NCBI GenBank assembly: GCA_040954595.2
Contig: CM082593.2
Span: 9,309,200-9,373,199, forward strand
Source of the DNA: Balanoglossus misakiensis
Lineage: Eukaryota > Animalia > Hemichordata
DNA: 64,000 nucleotides
Direction: 5' to 3'
The notes below the pieces were generated by a model, which saw only the letters and a program-made list of their open reading frames with translations, was not told the DNA's origin and did not search any database. Numbering within the stretch: the first letter of the stretch is position 1; every line of letters begins with the position of its first letter. Positions 10,374 through 23,690 of this stretch are shown here, in pieces. The position numbers and the translations under genes are program-made.

Positions 10374-13300
10374 GTCGGAACGGTAACAGTCCCTCTAATG
10401 TTATTGATTCTTTAATAGGCCACGCCAATGAAACTGAGATTGTGCTGGAAGGATCCTCGTGTATTGCGCTGATAGACACCGGGTCCATGGTATCTACTGT
10501 TGCTGACACTTTTAACAGAGAGAAGCTACAGAAACCAATTCATGACCTGAACAACTTGGTGAAGGTAGAAGGGGCTAGTGGTACAGAAGTTCCTTACCTT
10601 GGTTATATTGAAGTTGAAGTGAAATTCCCAGATAGCCATGGACAAGAGATGTCTAAAGATGTATTATTGCTTGTTGTTGAAGACACGGAATATAATCAGA
10701 TGGTTCCAGTTGTGATAGGCACAAATGTTCTCCAACATTATGTGGATGAAGATACACAGTACAGTACAGACCTATCCTCAGTATGGAGACTAGCATACCA
10801 AGCGACTATCCACCGGCAGAGGGCCGAAGGTAGGACATTTACAGTTACCACTACTAAACCCACAACCATTGGACCATACGAACGCACAGTCATCCATGGA
10901 TTTTGCAGAGTGGACCTAAGAAATTGTCAATCAGTAGTTGTGGTGGAACCAGAAAATGACAGACTTTTACCTGGTGGTTTACTTGTTACTCCAGCCGTGT
11001 TGAAGTTAGAGCCTCGTGGTAATTCGTGTCGAATCCCAGTAATGGTGACCAACTATGGAGCACGTGCTGTCACAGTTCCCCCTAAAAGCACCCTATGTAA
11101 CATGAACTTAGCATCTAATGTCTCACAGCCTTTAGATCCATATGGAGATGATATTGATACAAACTCAGATGGGACCACCTCACCAAAAGTACCCGATTGG
11201 CTGATAAAAGACCTGGGATTACAAGAGGCAGATACAGAATTAACAGAAATCCAGAAAGACCAAGCCTTGGCTACCATTGGTAAATGGCAAACCGTGTTCT
11301 CTACAGGTGAGAGAGATTTGGGACACACAACATTGGTAACACATTCGATAAAGTTAACGGATGAAACCCCCTTTAAAGATAAATACCGTCGAATCCCTAT
11401 GGGTATGTACGAAGAATTGCAACAGTACCTGCAAGATATGCTACAGAGTGGTGTGATTAGAGAATCAAACAGCCCGTGGTCCTCAAATGTTGTATGTGTC
11501 AGAAAACCTGATGGGAAGCTGAGGGTGTGTATTGATTATAGACGTCTCAACGCCAAAACCATTAAAGACGCTTACGCATTACCCCGGGTATTGGATACGC
11601 TTGATAACCTTAGTAACGCCGAGTGGTTTTCATCGCTTGATCTACGGTCTGGATATTACCAAGTAGAGATGGCGGAAGACGACAAAGCGAAGACAGCTTT
11701 CACGGTGGGAAACTTCGGCTTATTTGAATTCAACCGTATGTCTATGGGTCTGACCAACGCACCTGCAACTTTCCAGCGTCTCATGGAGAAGTGTTTTGGA
11801 GAATTGGCGTTCAGAGAATGTTGTGTGTATTTAGATGACATCATAGTATTTTCGAAGACTTTTGAAGACCACCTCAATAGATTGGAGCGGGTATTCCAGC
11901 GGCTGGCATCACATGGATTAAAGTTGAAGGCAACGAAATGTGTTTTATTCCAGAAGAAGGTGAAATATCTTGGACACGTGGTATCAGCCGACGGAATTAC
12001 AACGGACCCAGACAAGGTAGCAGCTCTGAAGGAATGGCCAATACCCACTACTGTAACAGAACTGAGAAGATTTCTTGGATTTGCAGGGTATTACAGGAGA
12101 TTTATCCAAAGCTACAGTAATATTGCCAAGCCACTTAACGACTTGCTGTGTGGACGTCAGTCAAGGAATAAGGCGGGAAAATTTGAAAAACTCCAGTGGG
12201 GACAACAGGAACAACAAGCTTTCGACACTCTGAGGAAGAGCCTAATGTCGTCACCAATACTAGCCTTTGCTGACTACTCACTTCCATTTGAAATACATAC
12301 TGATGCAAGTTCCACATGTCTGGGAGCAGTGCTGTATCAACGCCAGAAAGGTATTCTCAGAGTAATTGCCTATGCAAGTAGAGGAATCACCAAGTCTGAA
12401 AGTAATTATCCAGCTCATAAATTAGAATTTTTGGCACTGAAATGGGCCGTCACCAAGAAGTTCAACGACTACCTGTATGGAAGCAAATTCACTGTGTTTA
12501 CAGACAACAACCCTTTGACGTATGTGTTAACTTCTGCGAAACTGGATGCGGTGGGACACAGATGGTTGTCAGACTTGTCATTGTACGACTTCTCTATTGT
12601 TTACCGGAGTGGTAAGAAGAATATAGAGGCTGACGCTTTGTCTAGGATTCCATGGAATAGAGAGAATCCAGAGACGGAAACCAATCTGGGAGCCGATGTA
12701 GTCCAGGCGCTTTGTCGAGCAACAGAAGGTCCATACGTAACTTCATTCGGAATGGTAGCAGATGAGGACAGACCTGCAGTAGTTCAAGGTGGGGATGATG
12801 TGTTCTGGAAGACGGAGCAGTCCAAAGATTCAACAATACGGTATGTGACTGATCAGCTTGAAAAGGACCACAAACCACTTATGAGAGATCATACAGGAGA
12901 TATCAGAATACTTATACGAGATTGGAAACGCCTTGTTCTGAAGAATGGAGTCCTATACAGGAAATGCTTCATCGATGATATACAATATTTGCAACTTGTC
13001 TTACCAGTACACCATAGAAAAGATGTCCTGGAGGAACTACATGATAAACTTGGACACTTTGGCCAAGATAAAACCCTGGATCTGGTACGACGAAGATTCT
13101 ACTGGCCTAGGATGTCGATGGATGTTCAAAAGAAAGTGGAACATTGTTTACCATGCATTCGCAGGAAAAGTTCAACTTCCTTACCCAGAACTCCCTTGGT
13201 TAATATTCACACATCACAACCGATGGAAATGGTGTGCATCGACTTTCTCCATATACCAACACCAGATCAAGGATATAGCAACATATTAGTGATGACGGAC

Positions 13301-14374
13301 CATTTCACTCGATACGCTATAGCAGTACCTACAAAGAACCAGTCTGCCAAAACAACTGCCAAAGCATTGTTTGAACATTTGATTTTGCATTATGGGTTCC
13401 CTGGACGATTACACAGTGACCAGGGGCGAAACTTTGAGTCGTCTACAATTCAGGAACTTTGCCGAATAGCAAATATTAAGAAGTCCAGGACCACTCCATA
13501 CCACCCCCAGGGAAATGGAATGTGCGAACGATTTAATAAGACGTTATTACAGATGCTTGGAACTATGAATGAAGACAACAAAACAAGATGGGCTTCACAT
13601 GTCAATACGATGGTTCATGCCTATAATTCTACAAAGCATGAAAGCACCGGATATTCACCTTTCTTTTTGATGTTTGGTCGTGAACCAAGACTGCCTATAG
13701 ATGTATCTGGACATGCAGACCAGACCAACCTAGAATATGGTGGAACAGTTTCAGATTATGTGACGAAACTTGCCGAACGGTTGGATTACGCCTATAAAGT
13801 AGCAACGGAACGGTCTGTTAAGTCTGGTGAACGGCAGAAGAAGTCATATGATAGAAAAGTGAAGGTGGCCATAATACAACCTGGTGATACTGTGTTGGTG
13901 AAGAATACAGGACCTAAAGACAATTACAAATTGGCAGACCAATGGGAAAAGGATCCATATACAGTGATTTCACAGCCCATAGAAGACATTCCAGTATACG
14001 TGGTACAAAAACAAGTTAAGGGTGGAAGGAAGCGGACACTACATAGAAATTTGCTACTCCCAATACCAATAATTCCGGACGAACTGGATGACGATGTTAA
14101 CACCAAGATGACGCAGCGTGATGTTAAGCAGAGTGTACCGGGTGTTATCAACGATGCTACCCAGGATGCAGTGGACGAAGAGGATGACGGCATTGGTAAA
14201 TTGCAATTCGTGTCAACTATCAACTTGCCAACAGAACACAATGCTCTTAATCCTACTGCTGCAGAATTCATCCCATCCAGAAGAGAAAGTTCCCTGATGG
14301 ACAACCCCACAAGTATGGTTAATCCGGATGGACCTTCTCAAGTACTTACCTCAGATTTCTCGAATCATATTTAG
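10331..14374 (+). CDS. pol: Pol (protease, RT, RNase H, integrase), probably via a -1 frameshift
   Basis: LIDTGS, YLDD, TDAS..ELEFLAL-type RNase H region (HKLEFLAL), H..GH..C..C zinc finger, HSDQG and GMCER; in the -1 frame relative to gag, with slippery TTTAAAT at 10331-10337. Confidence 0.95.
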   Translation, partial: FKWGATRHPEGHALGRNGNSPSNVIDSLIGHANETEIVLEGSSCIALIDTGSMVSTVADTFNREKLQKPIHDLNNLVKVEGASGTEVPYLGYIEVEVKFPDSHGQEMSKDVLLLVVEDTEYNQMVPVVIGTNVLQHYVDEDTQYSTDLSSVWRLAYQATIHRQRAEGRTFTVTTTKPTTIGPYERTVIHGFCRVDLRNCQSVVVVEPENDRLLPGGLLVTPAVLKLEPRGNSCRIPVMVTNYGARAVTVPPKSTLCNMNLASNVSQPLDPYGDDIDTNSDGTTSPKVPDWLIKDLGLQEADTELTEIQKDQALATIGKWQTVFSTGERDLGHTTLVTHSIKLTDETPFKDKYRRIPMGMYEELQQYLQDMLQSGVIRESNSPWSSNVVCVRKPDGKLRVCIDYRRLNAKTIKDAYALPRVLDTLDNLSNAEWFSSLDLRSGYYQVEMAEDDKAKTAFTVGNFGLFEFNRMSMGLTNAPATFQRLMEKCFGELAFRECCVYLDDIIVFSKTFEDHLNRLERVFQRLASHGLKLKATKCVLFQKKVKYLGHVVSADGITTDPDKVAALKEWPIPTTVTELRRFLGFAGYYRRFIQSYSNIAKPLNDLLCGRQSRNKAGKFEKLQWGQQEQQAFDTLRKSLMSSPILAFADYSLPFEIHTDASSTCLGAVLYQRQKGILRVIAYASRGITKSESNYPAHKLEFLALKWAVTKKFNDYLYGSKFTVFTDNNPLTYVLTSAKLDAVGHRWLSDLSLYDFSIVYRSGKKNIEADALSRIPWNRENPETETNLGADVVQALCRATEGPYVTSFGMVADEDRPAVVQGGDDVFWKTEQSKDSTIRYVTDQLEKDHKPLMRDHTGDIRILIRDWKRLVLKNGVLYRKCFIDDIQYLQLVLPVHHRKDVLEELHDKLGHFGQDKTLDLVRRRFYWPRMSMDVQKKVEHCLPCIRRKSSTSLPRTPLVNIHTSQPMEMVCIDFLHIPTPDQGYSNILVMTDHFTRYAIAVPTKNQSAKTTAKALFEHLILHYGFPGRLHSDQGRNFESSTIQELCRIANIKKSRTTPYHPQGNGMCERFNKTLLQMLGTMNEDNKTRWASHVNTMVHAYNSTKHESTGYSPFFLMFGREPRLPIDVSGHADQTNLEYGGTVSDYVTKLAERLDYAYKVATERSVKSGERQKKSYDRKVKVAIIQPGDTVLVKNTGPKDNYKLADQWEKDPYTVISQPIEDIPVYVVQKQVKGGRKRTLHRNLLLPIPIIPDELDDDVNTKMTQRDVKQSVPGVINDATQDAVDEEDDGIGKLQFVSTINLPTEHNALNPTAAEFIPSRRESSLMDNPTSMVNPDGPSQVLTSDFSNHI

Positions 14375-14649
14375 CAAAGTACGGATGGTTGGTCATCGAG
14401 CGATCCAGATGGTATCACTCCTGCTACAACCAACATCAGTCCTGACTCCAGTAGTAGTACTCAACCTGAACCACGCTATCCTACACGACAGAGACGACCT
14501 CCAGATAGATATAGTCCCGAACAATGGAATCTAAAACAGTTTGCTCATACGACTTTATCTTCTATACCATTTATTAATTGCCACTATTAATCAAATATCT
14601 TTAACTTACTTTAAATGACGAGGACGCCATTTCTCCTCGCAGGGGTGCG

Positions 14650-15291
14650 TGTAACGGCCTTGTTGATCCATTGAATTTGTATACATGTATATCTGTATGT
14701 ATGTTATACCTGTATCTTATAGTAATTAGTTATTCAATTATTCATATGACGTAATAGTACTTACCTTCAATTGGTTGATCTTAATTATATGCAAACCACC
14801 TGGAAGTTTCATTTGACCAATGAACACAAGCTAATCTGGCACTATGATGTAATTGCTGATATAAAAGGACATGGTGCATAAAATTGGTCAGTTCACCTCT
14901 GTAGCCAGACCGGCCACACACGTTGGAACTGACATGTATTTGTTCCATTTCAGGTTAGTTTCCTTGTACCTTACCTGTTGCTTGAAGCTTTGTATTTTGG
15001 TGCATTCTACCGACTCATTTCAGCACAAGTAATTGGTGTCTTTAACTTGCGTCAATTTTCCAATTGTATGTCTATATTTTTCACTTGCATGAATTTTGGT
15101 GTATTCTGTTGGAGGTGAACTCCCATACATGTGTGTAATTTAGCAGTTCACCTCTGTAGCCAGACCGGCCACACACGTTGGAACTGACATGTATTTGTTC
15201 CATTTCAGTTATTAAATGTAAGGCCTATGTCTTTGTTACCCGTAACCTGTTTGGTGTGAATATGTTGGAATGAACGGCGACAACCGTGACA
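14650..15291 (+). repeat. 3' LTR
   Basis: Same 642-bp sequence as the 5' LTR, preceded by a short purine-rich AGGGG tract. Confidence 0.97.
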
Positions 15292-16049
15292 AATACAAGC
15301 TAAAAAATTCGACATAAAAACGCTAAAAAGGTATATAAAAGTTGTAAAAAGTGTAAAAGAATTAGTGTATAAATGCTTTCATAAAAAGATGGGTTTTAAG
15401 TATAAGTGGTCTTAATTCTAAGTTTAAAATTGCTCAGCTAGAAAATCCACAATAAGCATTTTCATTTTAATATAATTCAGTTCCCGATAATGATAAACAT
15501 TTCCTATATACACATCGTTTGAAGCCTCCAGGGCTGTCAAATTTCTCCCATTTTTTTCCACAATAAAATACTTCAAATATCATTTAAAATCCCCAGCATT
15601 AAGTCATATAACTTGTATTTGCATCAGTTTGTCTTCTATTGGAGACACTTACCACGTTAGCTGCAGTGTACTGTTTGTATGGAGGCTGATGAAATGGGTG
15701 CGGCACACATTAAATATATAATGTGAATAATTTGCAAAATACAGCCATAATTGTGCGTCGATGAGATGTTCATGTTTGCCTTATAGTATGTACCAATCTA
15801 TTTAAAGTGGGATAATAAAGTAATGAACATAATGTAAACAGTGGCAGTTCTTGAGGCTTTTTGGGGAGCACTTTGTCATGATTGACAGTAAAACCAGCCA
15901 ACAATAAATATTGGAAAGAGTGTATAGTTACCATGGACGCCCTCTATGTTTTGACGTCACCATTAATTAACTGTAAACAATTTCCATCCTGTTTGTTTAC
16001 ATGAGAGTAAAAATCTGGCCGAAAAAAAAATTAACACCAATTATTCATT

Positions 16050-16206
16050 TTGGCAAGATTTTTCACTCTGGTGTCTACAAGTGGGATGGAAGTTGTGTGT
16101 GGCGAATGTTGATTCACTATATGTCCACATGTAGAATGTAATCCATGTCTTGTAGCAAACATAATTAATAGAAAAGGGCAGCGAGAGAGAGACTTTGTCC
16201 CTTTAA
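16050..16206. repeat. Dispersed repeat end (also at about 24255-24410 inverted and 49560-49670)
   Basis: Shared GAAAAGGG(C/A)AGCGAGAGAGAGACTTTGTCCCTTTAAT; the 16 kb and 24 kb copies also share TCTACAAGTGGGATGGAAGTTGT. Confidence 0.7.
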
Positions 16207-16403
16207 TGTTGTACAGCCGCATGTCCTGTCCGAGTCAAGAATGTTTGAAAGTACAGGTGCAGGCAAAAATAACGATCAGCTATCAAACATTTCTCCTCAA
16301 CAGTGTATGGCAGAGACAAAATTAGACATGTTTTATCATTGGTTAATTTAAATGTACACAGTCGATAATCTTACAACTGAGTTGGAAGAGGCGGGGGGGG
16401 GGG

Positions 16404-16545
16404 GAAGACTGTAATATGTTTGGACCGCCAATAATACCTAATCAATGTGGACGCACAGATGGCCATTGGTATGATAATGAGTGTGCTGTAAAAAGAAAGC
16501 TCAAATTCTATTGGTTGAATATTTTTAGACTAGAAGCCTGTTGAA
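16404..16545 (+). pseudogene. C-type lectin domain C-terminal remnant
   Basis: Translates to EDCNMFGPP..GHWYDNECAVKRK, matching the EDC..WND-like..C signature; no intact upstream frame. Confidence 0.55.
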
Positions 16546-18429
16546 TGTCAGATAGCAGAGGATCCCTGAATCAGTATAAAATGTGTAGTAGTGTGAAGTA
16601 TTAGGGTCATTGACATTGTCTTGATTCACAATAGTAGAGATCGGTAGGCAGTTTATGTAAATTGTAATGCAAAAGTTATTTATTATACTTGTAATGTGAT
16701 TTCAGATAGGTATTAAAATAAAAGTATCATAATGTAATTATAATCCAGTTTTAATAATTCAAGAATTACCGGTTGTTATTTTAGTGCCAAATTTACATAC
16801 ATCAATCTAAGTGCTCAACTGCTCACCTGCGTCCCAGAAAGAAAATTTGGCAATGTGGCAAGCCATTCCCAACCTGAAGAGGGTTTTATACCAGGGTGGG
16901 GAAATATAGTTTCATGTTATGTTATTTGAAATTGACCAATATAATTTCCATCACTCCACTATTAAAGCCACCAGATCCAAAAATAGTGTGTTAACACATT
17001 TCTTCCCAATCAGTGCGGCGTACGAACGTGTACAAAGGGTTGAAAATATGACTGGATGATATGACAGGGGGGCTGCAAACATTAAAGTTATAAATGGGGG
17101 AGTTCCGATCTGCATTTTCCCCACCTGTCTTGTTATTTGCTAATCCAAAATAAAAGCTATCACATTTCCAATTAAGCACCTGCAAACAACTTAATCTGTG
17201 TGCCCCGTCCACAGATTAAGATGATAAAGTAAATTTCGCGAGTTACTGGGTATAACAAGAGGATCAAAGAGAGATGGATTGTTCTTTTTAACAGATTTGA
17301 GCAATGTAAACAAATCATATGGTTCTCTGACATTCACGATAAACATGCAGCACTATAGACATTTGTGTTGCAAGATTTGAATGAAATTCATCTCCGCATG
17401 TGAAGGAAGGACAGACCGAAATTTGTACGCCCCACTGGAACATGGCGATCGGGACAAACAAAACTATTGCAATTACCTCACAACCATCAACTACTGCCTT
17501 GGGCGGTATTTCGAATTCCGTTCCAGGAAAAACAACAACAACACATATGCGAAGTTATAAGTGATAGCGAAAGAAAGTATGTACGTTTATTAAAATAACA
17601 CTAATCATAATCAAATAATTCCGATCATATCCATCCATATTCCAAATATATTCAATCAATTATCACATTTATATGGCATATTGTACAGACAAACACAACA
17701 CAATACAGCACAGGTATTACAGTAAGTCCAAAAAGATATCCTCCAGTAGTTGAATGTACGCATGTGCACATAATAACTACCTAGGTCCATAGTGAATATG
17801 TCCTCTATACATTGGAAACCTACGATAATTAATACACCTGTGTCACATTTGTTCAAAAATAAATGTAGTTACAATTCAATTCCAATACGGTTTAAATGCT
17901 GACCTTTTTATTTAGCTTAATCTTAATTATTAAATGTAATAAATCGACAGTGTTGCGCTTAATGTAAGAGAAACCAAACTAACAATCATAAATAATATTT
18001 TGCATTCGATCATTGAATCAATAACACGGATAAAGCTCAAAGCCAGAACAGTATTCTGTCATTTTTCAACTTCGGAGCAGGGTCTAGGTTTCTTACAAAA
18101 CGCGAAATCCCGAGGATCAACACAATATGCACAACCAGATATGCAGCGAAAAAGCCTAGGACTAGAACCATGAAAGTGTTGTCATTGTTACCGAGTTCGT
18201 CACCTGTCAAGAAAAAAAAATGATAGCAAAAAAGCTTAAAGTGCAGAATATGAGGCCTTGGGCTATAGGCGTGGACAGGATTCATTCGGGTTACTTGTGA
18301 CGTGGGCAGGATCCATTCAGGTTACTTATGAAATACAGTATTATATATTTGCGAGCATAACCATCTATATATTCAATAAAATCACTAGGCAAATATATTT
18401 TACCATTGACTGGTAAATGGCCAATCAAA

Positions 18430-18492
18430 AACCACACACACATACACACACACACACACACACACCCACACAAACGCACACACACACACAAC
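18430..18492. repeat. (CA)n microsatellite
   Basis: Direct reading. Confidence 0.95.
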
Positions 18493-18870
18493 ATCAGCAG
18501 CACAGCGTGGCCTAGCACAGACAACCATAAATGCAGCCAGAAGACAAAACCATGAAAGAAAGATGCACGGACCTCTGGCAAAATAAAGAAGTGATATCAT
18601 GCAGGTGTTTCAAAAATATTAAGGCCGCCCAGTCTCATTTTATATTATTTGATTGTGTTTTGTTTCTACAATTGTGATTGTGAAGCACAGTGGGCCTATA
18701 CTTACAGCGGGGCACTTTCGAATAGCCATCGACAACACTAATGCTTGGGAAATGTTGGCACAGTGGACCTTTACATGCAGTATGTTGAGAGAAGATGCTG
18801 GCGTCGATTGTATCTGTTGATATGGAGACAGAATCAGTGTGGTCTCCCTCAACGTCTGGTTCAGTCCCAT

Positions 18871-18916
18871 CAATCAATCAATCAAGCAACAAAGTTTATA
18901 TAGCGCCAAAATCCCC
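18871..18916 (-). mobile_element. 46-nt LINE/SINE 3' tail inserted into the mucin exon
   Basis: GGCGCTATATAAA..(TTGA)n tail flanked by an ATGGG duplication; removal restores VVHGTEPDV. Confidence 0.75.
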
Positions 18917-20018
18917 CCCATGCACTACAGTTGTAGCCGTTATAGTAGGGTTTTCCTTCAAGATGAAACCAGACACGCTCTCAGTGCCCTTGTAATCAGG
19001 GATGTCTGTCAGAACTTCGTTATCTGTCGTTTCGTATCGCTGCATTACGGTTAACTCTAACGAGGATTCTGTTTCAGTCATTCTAGTTTCAGATTTAGCA
19101 TCAGCGCCAGTATCTTCTGTGACATCTGTTGACATTTTTGAATAACTGGTGTCAGTAACATCAGAGCTAACATGGTCTGTATACCCAGGTGTATTCGACA
19201 CTGGTTCACCTGTAATGTAAAACCCACAAGATATAACTGGTTTAGGATAAGTGGTATTCAAAGAAGCGTTTGGTCACAAAAGGGCGCCATGTTTACTTCG
19301 GCTTGTATTAGTGATTCATTGAAGCATGTTAGGTCCATATCTGACAAGAAACTGCCACGCTGAATATTGCAATTTCTGGTAACATCATTCATTCAAACTG
19401 CAATAAATCGATGGTGCAGATCGGATACACCTCTTAGTAAAACGGGTTTCCCGTTTATTTTTGGAGGACGTTTACACTTATTTTGTCTGCCGGTAATGTG
19501 GATAATGTAACGTTCTCGCGACGAAGGTTTTATTAGACACGCAAGAGAGAACCAATACAAGAAGTGGCGATGCAGTTCTTTTCTGAGATGGCGACATTTC
19601 AGTACTTGCATGTCGCAACCGTTCGTGACTCAAGTTACATCTATTTAGAGTTCAACATATTAACAAACATGGTACAATTATTACGCCACAACTTTGCAAT
19701 ACAATGAAACTGCACACATTAGAAACCCGACCAAAATCCTAAAAGGTCGCCATTCGTCTTTACTTCATACAAAAAGTATTGCTTAACCAATTTGCATGGG
19801 AGTCTCTGGTTTACTGTTGAACGATTTGATAAAGTTTAACATATACACCTACCATATCGACAGACAAATCTTCGATAAAGTAGACAATCATCCAAAATGT
19901 ACAATTTTGTGGCTCTAAAAAATTACAATAAAAAATCGTTACTAATTCTGTTCAATGCGATTATCAGGAAAAATCATTAAAACATGTTATCAGCTGAATC
20001 TGAATTGTGTCACATTCC

Positions 20019-20332
20019 TTAGGCTTCATTAAAGGGCGACGAACGCCTTATGCGCATGAGCCAAACTAGAGACTCGGGCAGTATGCTGTTATAACAACAG
20101 ACAAGATGGCGGAGACTAGTCTGTGTTGGAGATCAGGAACAGACAACAAATTGGATTAAACGAAGGGACAAATCTAAAGTCTCATATTCGGCGCCCATGC
20201 AATAAGAAAGGATGCGGATGCAGCCAACTATTTGAATGTGCCAAAGGCAAACTTTGCAGAACATTTGGGTTGGACGTATTGTTTGTACATACGAAAGTAC
20301 GCACATGCGCATAAGATGATCGTCGGCCTAAG
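20019..20332. mobile_element. Degenerate MITE
   Basis: CTTAGGC..CGACGA..CTTATGCGCATG paired with CATGCGCATAAG..TCGTCGGCCTAAG. Confidence 0.5.
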
Positions 20333-23300
20333 CTACACATCCTTACTCAACTTGATGCACATATGTGCTCTACTTATAGATGGAGACAACAGATCACGGA
20401 CGCGCAGTCACTGTACATTTTCTAGTTAACATAGCAGTACACCTTATCCAGACGAAACTGTTTACTGTGGATACATTGCGTTGGAGTGTCTAATTGTGAT
20501 GGTGTTACATTCACCAATATTCTGCTAGGGAAACATGGTTTGGTGAAGACAAATAAATAATTACAAATCCGCTCGAATACATGTTCTCCAAGGGCTACCG
20601 TATGGCTGGTGGTCCGCCCATGGTAAGTAAGTCAGTGGTGTCCCATCATAGTGCGTCCATTTATCCTCTGTATGCAAATGCATACCATCTATCCACAATA
20701 CTCTTTACAGAAAACCTTTATTGACGTAAAAAATAGAATTGATGTCAGGCCGGACAACTATGACTTCTTGCTTGTGATAGGTTTAGTTTATAGTGGATGC
20801 AACAAAAAGTGGAATGGATAACCGTTTTTTTTTAGTAAAGCATGTTGCTTTTTACCTGTTTTCAAATTCCGTTTTCCTGAATTTCAAAATTAAATCCGCA
20901 ACGAGTAAAAATTCGTTTGCGTTCTCGGGAAAGTTCACGTATACGGGCGCTCCGAAGGTTACAATACATAAACAAACTCGCCCTCGATCGACCTTCCGTA
21001 CCACGTAGACAACATGACAGTGACACTTGCGGCATAATTTTTTTACGTATAGCTTCGTTGACATGACTGCTTGGTACATGGTACACGGTATGTATGGTGA
21101 ACGAATGTCAAATCCAGCATCATCATCGAGAGGTTTGCTTTACGTGCGTGAGCGAGCCATGTTGACTGCGCGTGATTCAAGAGCAGACGACATGTACCGA
21201 CGCAGTAGGAAGAAAAAAATAAACAAATCGCCGTTCGAGGTCGGGTTTGGAAATTAATAAATATCGCCGTATTTATTCTGTTTATGTTTGCATTTCTTTT
21301 TTTACCCCTTAAAATGTTCGCATTGTTCGAAATCCTCCGTTATTCAGTCGGAAATTGTACACGTCCACTGGTTCTTGGGCGCGTCGCGCGTCCATCGAAT
21401 AACACGATACATTATAAGTAATAATGTATAGCTATGACGTCTCAAAATTCACTGGTATTGATAAAGCTATATTACATATATTACATATGGCCTGCCGTTT
21501 ACGTTTACACCCCGTTTCTTCATCTGACACTTGCAGTATCCTGTTTGCGACATACTGATGCCGACATCTGTGAAAGTCGCAGTCGTTGTGCTAGGTTACT
21601 TGCTGATATTTAGGACAGGTTTTTCAGGTTGTGTTGTAGGAATCTTTTCAATTATCTTGTTATGTCGTTATACAATGTATGTTCCTCTGGCATGGCGATG
21701 TATACATTTCTGGGTGCCACTAGTTGTATGACTAGTAAACAACATTGTCCAATGAAAGATGGGAGTGTGGTGTAACTAGCCTATAAAAAATTGTGATATC
21801 ATCGTAGTGTGACCTGTCCACGAAACAACCAATATCGTTGCCTGATCTCGTTTCTTTAATTTTCGGATGGTGTTCTTATGGTGTTTTCGATGTTTTCGTC
21901 TAAAATGGGAGTATCATATGTAATAATAACAGAACCCGATGGCGAGATCGTGCTGCAACAGAATACACCACCAGCACTCGTTCAAATACCGCGCTTGATC
22001 CATCTGGTCGTGGGGTTCTGTCATATTAGCCGTTCTACATCAAAGGCCTCGCCAATAGAGATCTCGTTGCAAATATAAATCGCACAACACGCAGGTCAGG
22101 TCAGACCCCTTTAAAATTAAAACAACATTACCATATTACACCACAATGTGCACCGTAATTGGTGTCTGTTCCAAACACCAAATCCATTACTGCGATACTT
22201 CTATCTATACTCGAACCGTCTGAGTGAACAAAGTGACCATTAGTCTCTCTATCATTGGCGTCGATCCAAACGAATTCTGTAAACCATTGCAAAGAGGAAA
22301 AGCATGTTGAACGTTGAGTAATACATGTAGATTTGTTTACTTTAAAAGTCATGTTGATTATTACAACAATTATACTTCTGAGTGAGAAGACATCGTTCGT
22401 ATGAACAAGCAGTAATGACAAAGTTGGGTACTCTATTACTCTTTACCGGAATGTGGTAGGACATCACCTCGCCAAACCAATAACGCTATAAAGCTGACAA
22501 CTATATTCATGGTCTCTTGGTCGTAAAACCTCAACAGATGCCCACTGTCCTGCTCACATGCTCTTTTTGCTTCCAGCCACGTTGTTTCATAGTTGGAAAG
22601 TTTCAACTCATTTTCGATCAGGGATATAAGCTCTTGGGCTGAAACACATGGCATTTACAAACATGATTAAGATCTTGTGTTGGCAGTACAGTTCTAAATC
22701 TGAACTAGAATGTGCACGTTAATTTAAAAACGTGTATTGTCTACATTAACTTCAAGTATTTGTAGTGTTGGCAACTGATGGTACATAGATTGAACGTATA
22801 TTCTGACATTTAATAACAGAATTCAAAACTGTTATGATTTGTGATCATTGTCACTTTCCTCGAAATGACATGTCTATGGCAAGATATTGAAGTTGTTAAA
22901 CACTGCTACTCTTATACTGAGATTACCATCAGGAATACATTAAAGTGGAAAACATGAAAATTGTCTACAATACCGTTCACTGTCACCTCGGTATGTGAGA
23001 AAATTACCACGGATACAATACTAAAGTAGCACAGCCATCGATGTAGTTATCCCATTGTTGAGCGAATATAGTGACGTGTGTGACGTGGTATATCCACGCC
23101 TTTAAAACCGCTTCTCTCATGTGCGCACAAGATTATTCCATCATACAATAGGCGTCATGTTTTTTCGATCGACTTTATGTACAATTGCCTCTAGAGTACT
23201 ACATGTGTTGAATTTAACCCTTTCAAGCCCAGACCCCTCTATAGATGTCCAACCTTCCCATGGAAAACAACTGGTTTGGACTGGACTATAGTGGTGAAAG

Positions 23301-23334
23301 GGGTAAAAGAATAATCAACCTCTAATTTAAATAA

Positions 23335-23690
23335 TCCCATATATGGTAAACAACGTGTGTCTAAGTCTTTTATTGATGTTTTTATTAGATATATTTTGGA
23401 AGAAGCATGCTTGTTTAATCGTCGGAAACCAAGAATGTAGTACTGAATTTAAAGGAATACAATACTTCTAATTTGTATATTCCCATATATAGACAAAGGG
23501 GTGTGTCCAAGTCTTTTATTGATGTTTTTATTAGATATATTTTGGAAGAAGCATGCTTGTTTAATCGTCGGAAACCAAGAATGTAGTACTGAATTTAAAG
23601 GAATACAATACTTCTAATTTGTATATTCCCATATATAGACAAAGGGGTGTGTCCAAGTCTTTTATTGATGTTGGCATTAGATATATCTTG
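23335..23690. repeat. ~145-bp tandem duplication (2.5 copies)
   Basis: Repeated TCCCATATAT..GTGTGTCCAAGTCTTTTATTGATG..GGAATACAATACTTC. Confidence 0.85.

Larger units (their letters stand above)
7224..15291 (+). mobile_element. Full-length, apparently intact Ty3/Gypsy LTR retrotransposon
   Basis: TG..CA LTRs of 642 bp, 4-bp TSD AATA (7220-7223 and 15292-15295), PBS, open gag and pol. Confidence 0.98.
18037..23055 (-). pseudogene. Type I membrane C-type lectin / mucin-stalk gene, disrupted
   Basis: GT-AG exons: 23055-22974 (signal peptide, TAA at codon 3), 22638-22447 (TWLEAKRACEQDSGHLL), 22276-~22130 (FVWIDANDRETNGHFVHSDG..HCG), 19209-18706 (S/T-rich), 18203-18037 (TM plus tail). Exons 1-3 and the last two exons join in phase; the middle is degenerate. 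Confidence 0.75.

Noticed and set aside
11053-14534. Antisense and alternate-frame ORFs in pol; possible env gene
   Set aside because: Shadow ORFs; only about 275 bp separate pol from the 3' LTR, too short for env
18291-18600. Cys/Val-rich ORFs
   Set aside because: Translation of the (TG)n microsatellite
23214-23306. TTAACCCTTTCA..TGAAAGGGGTAA piggyBac-like mini element
   Set aside because: Very short with an imperfect TSD; not supportable without other copies
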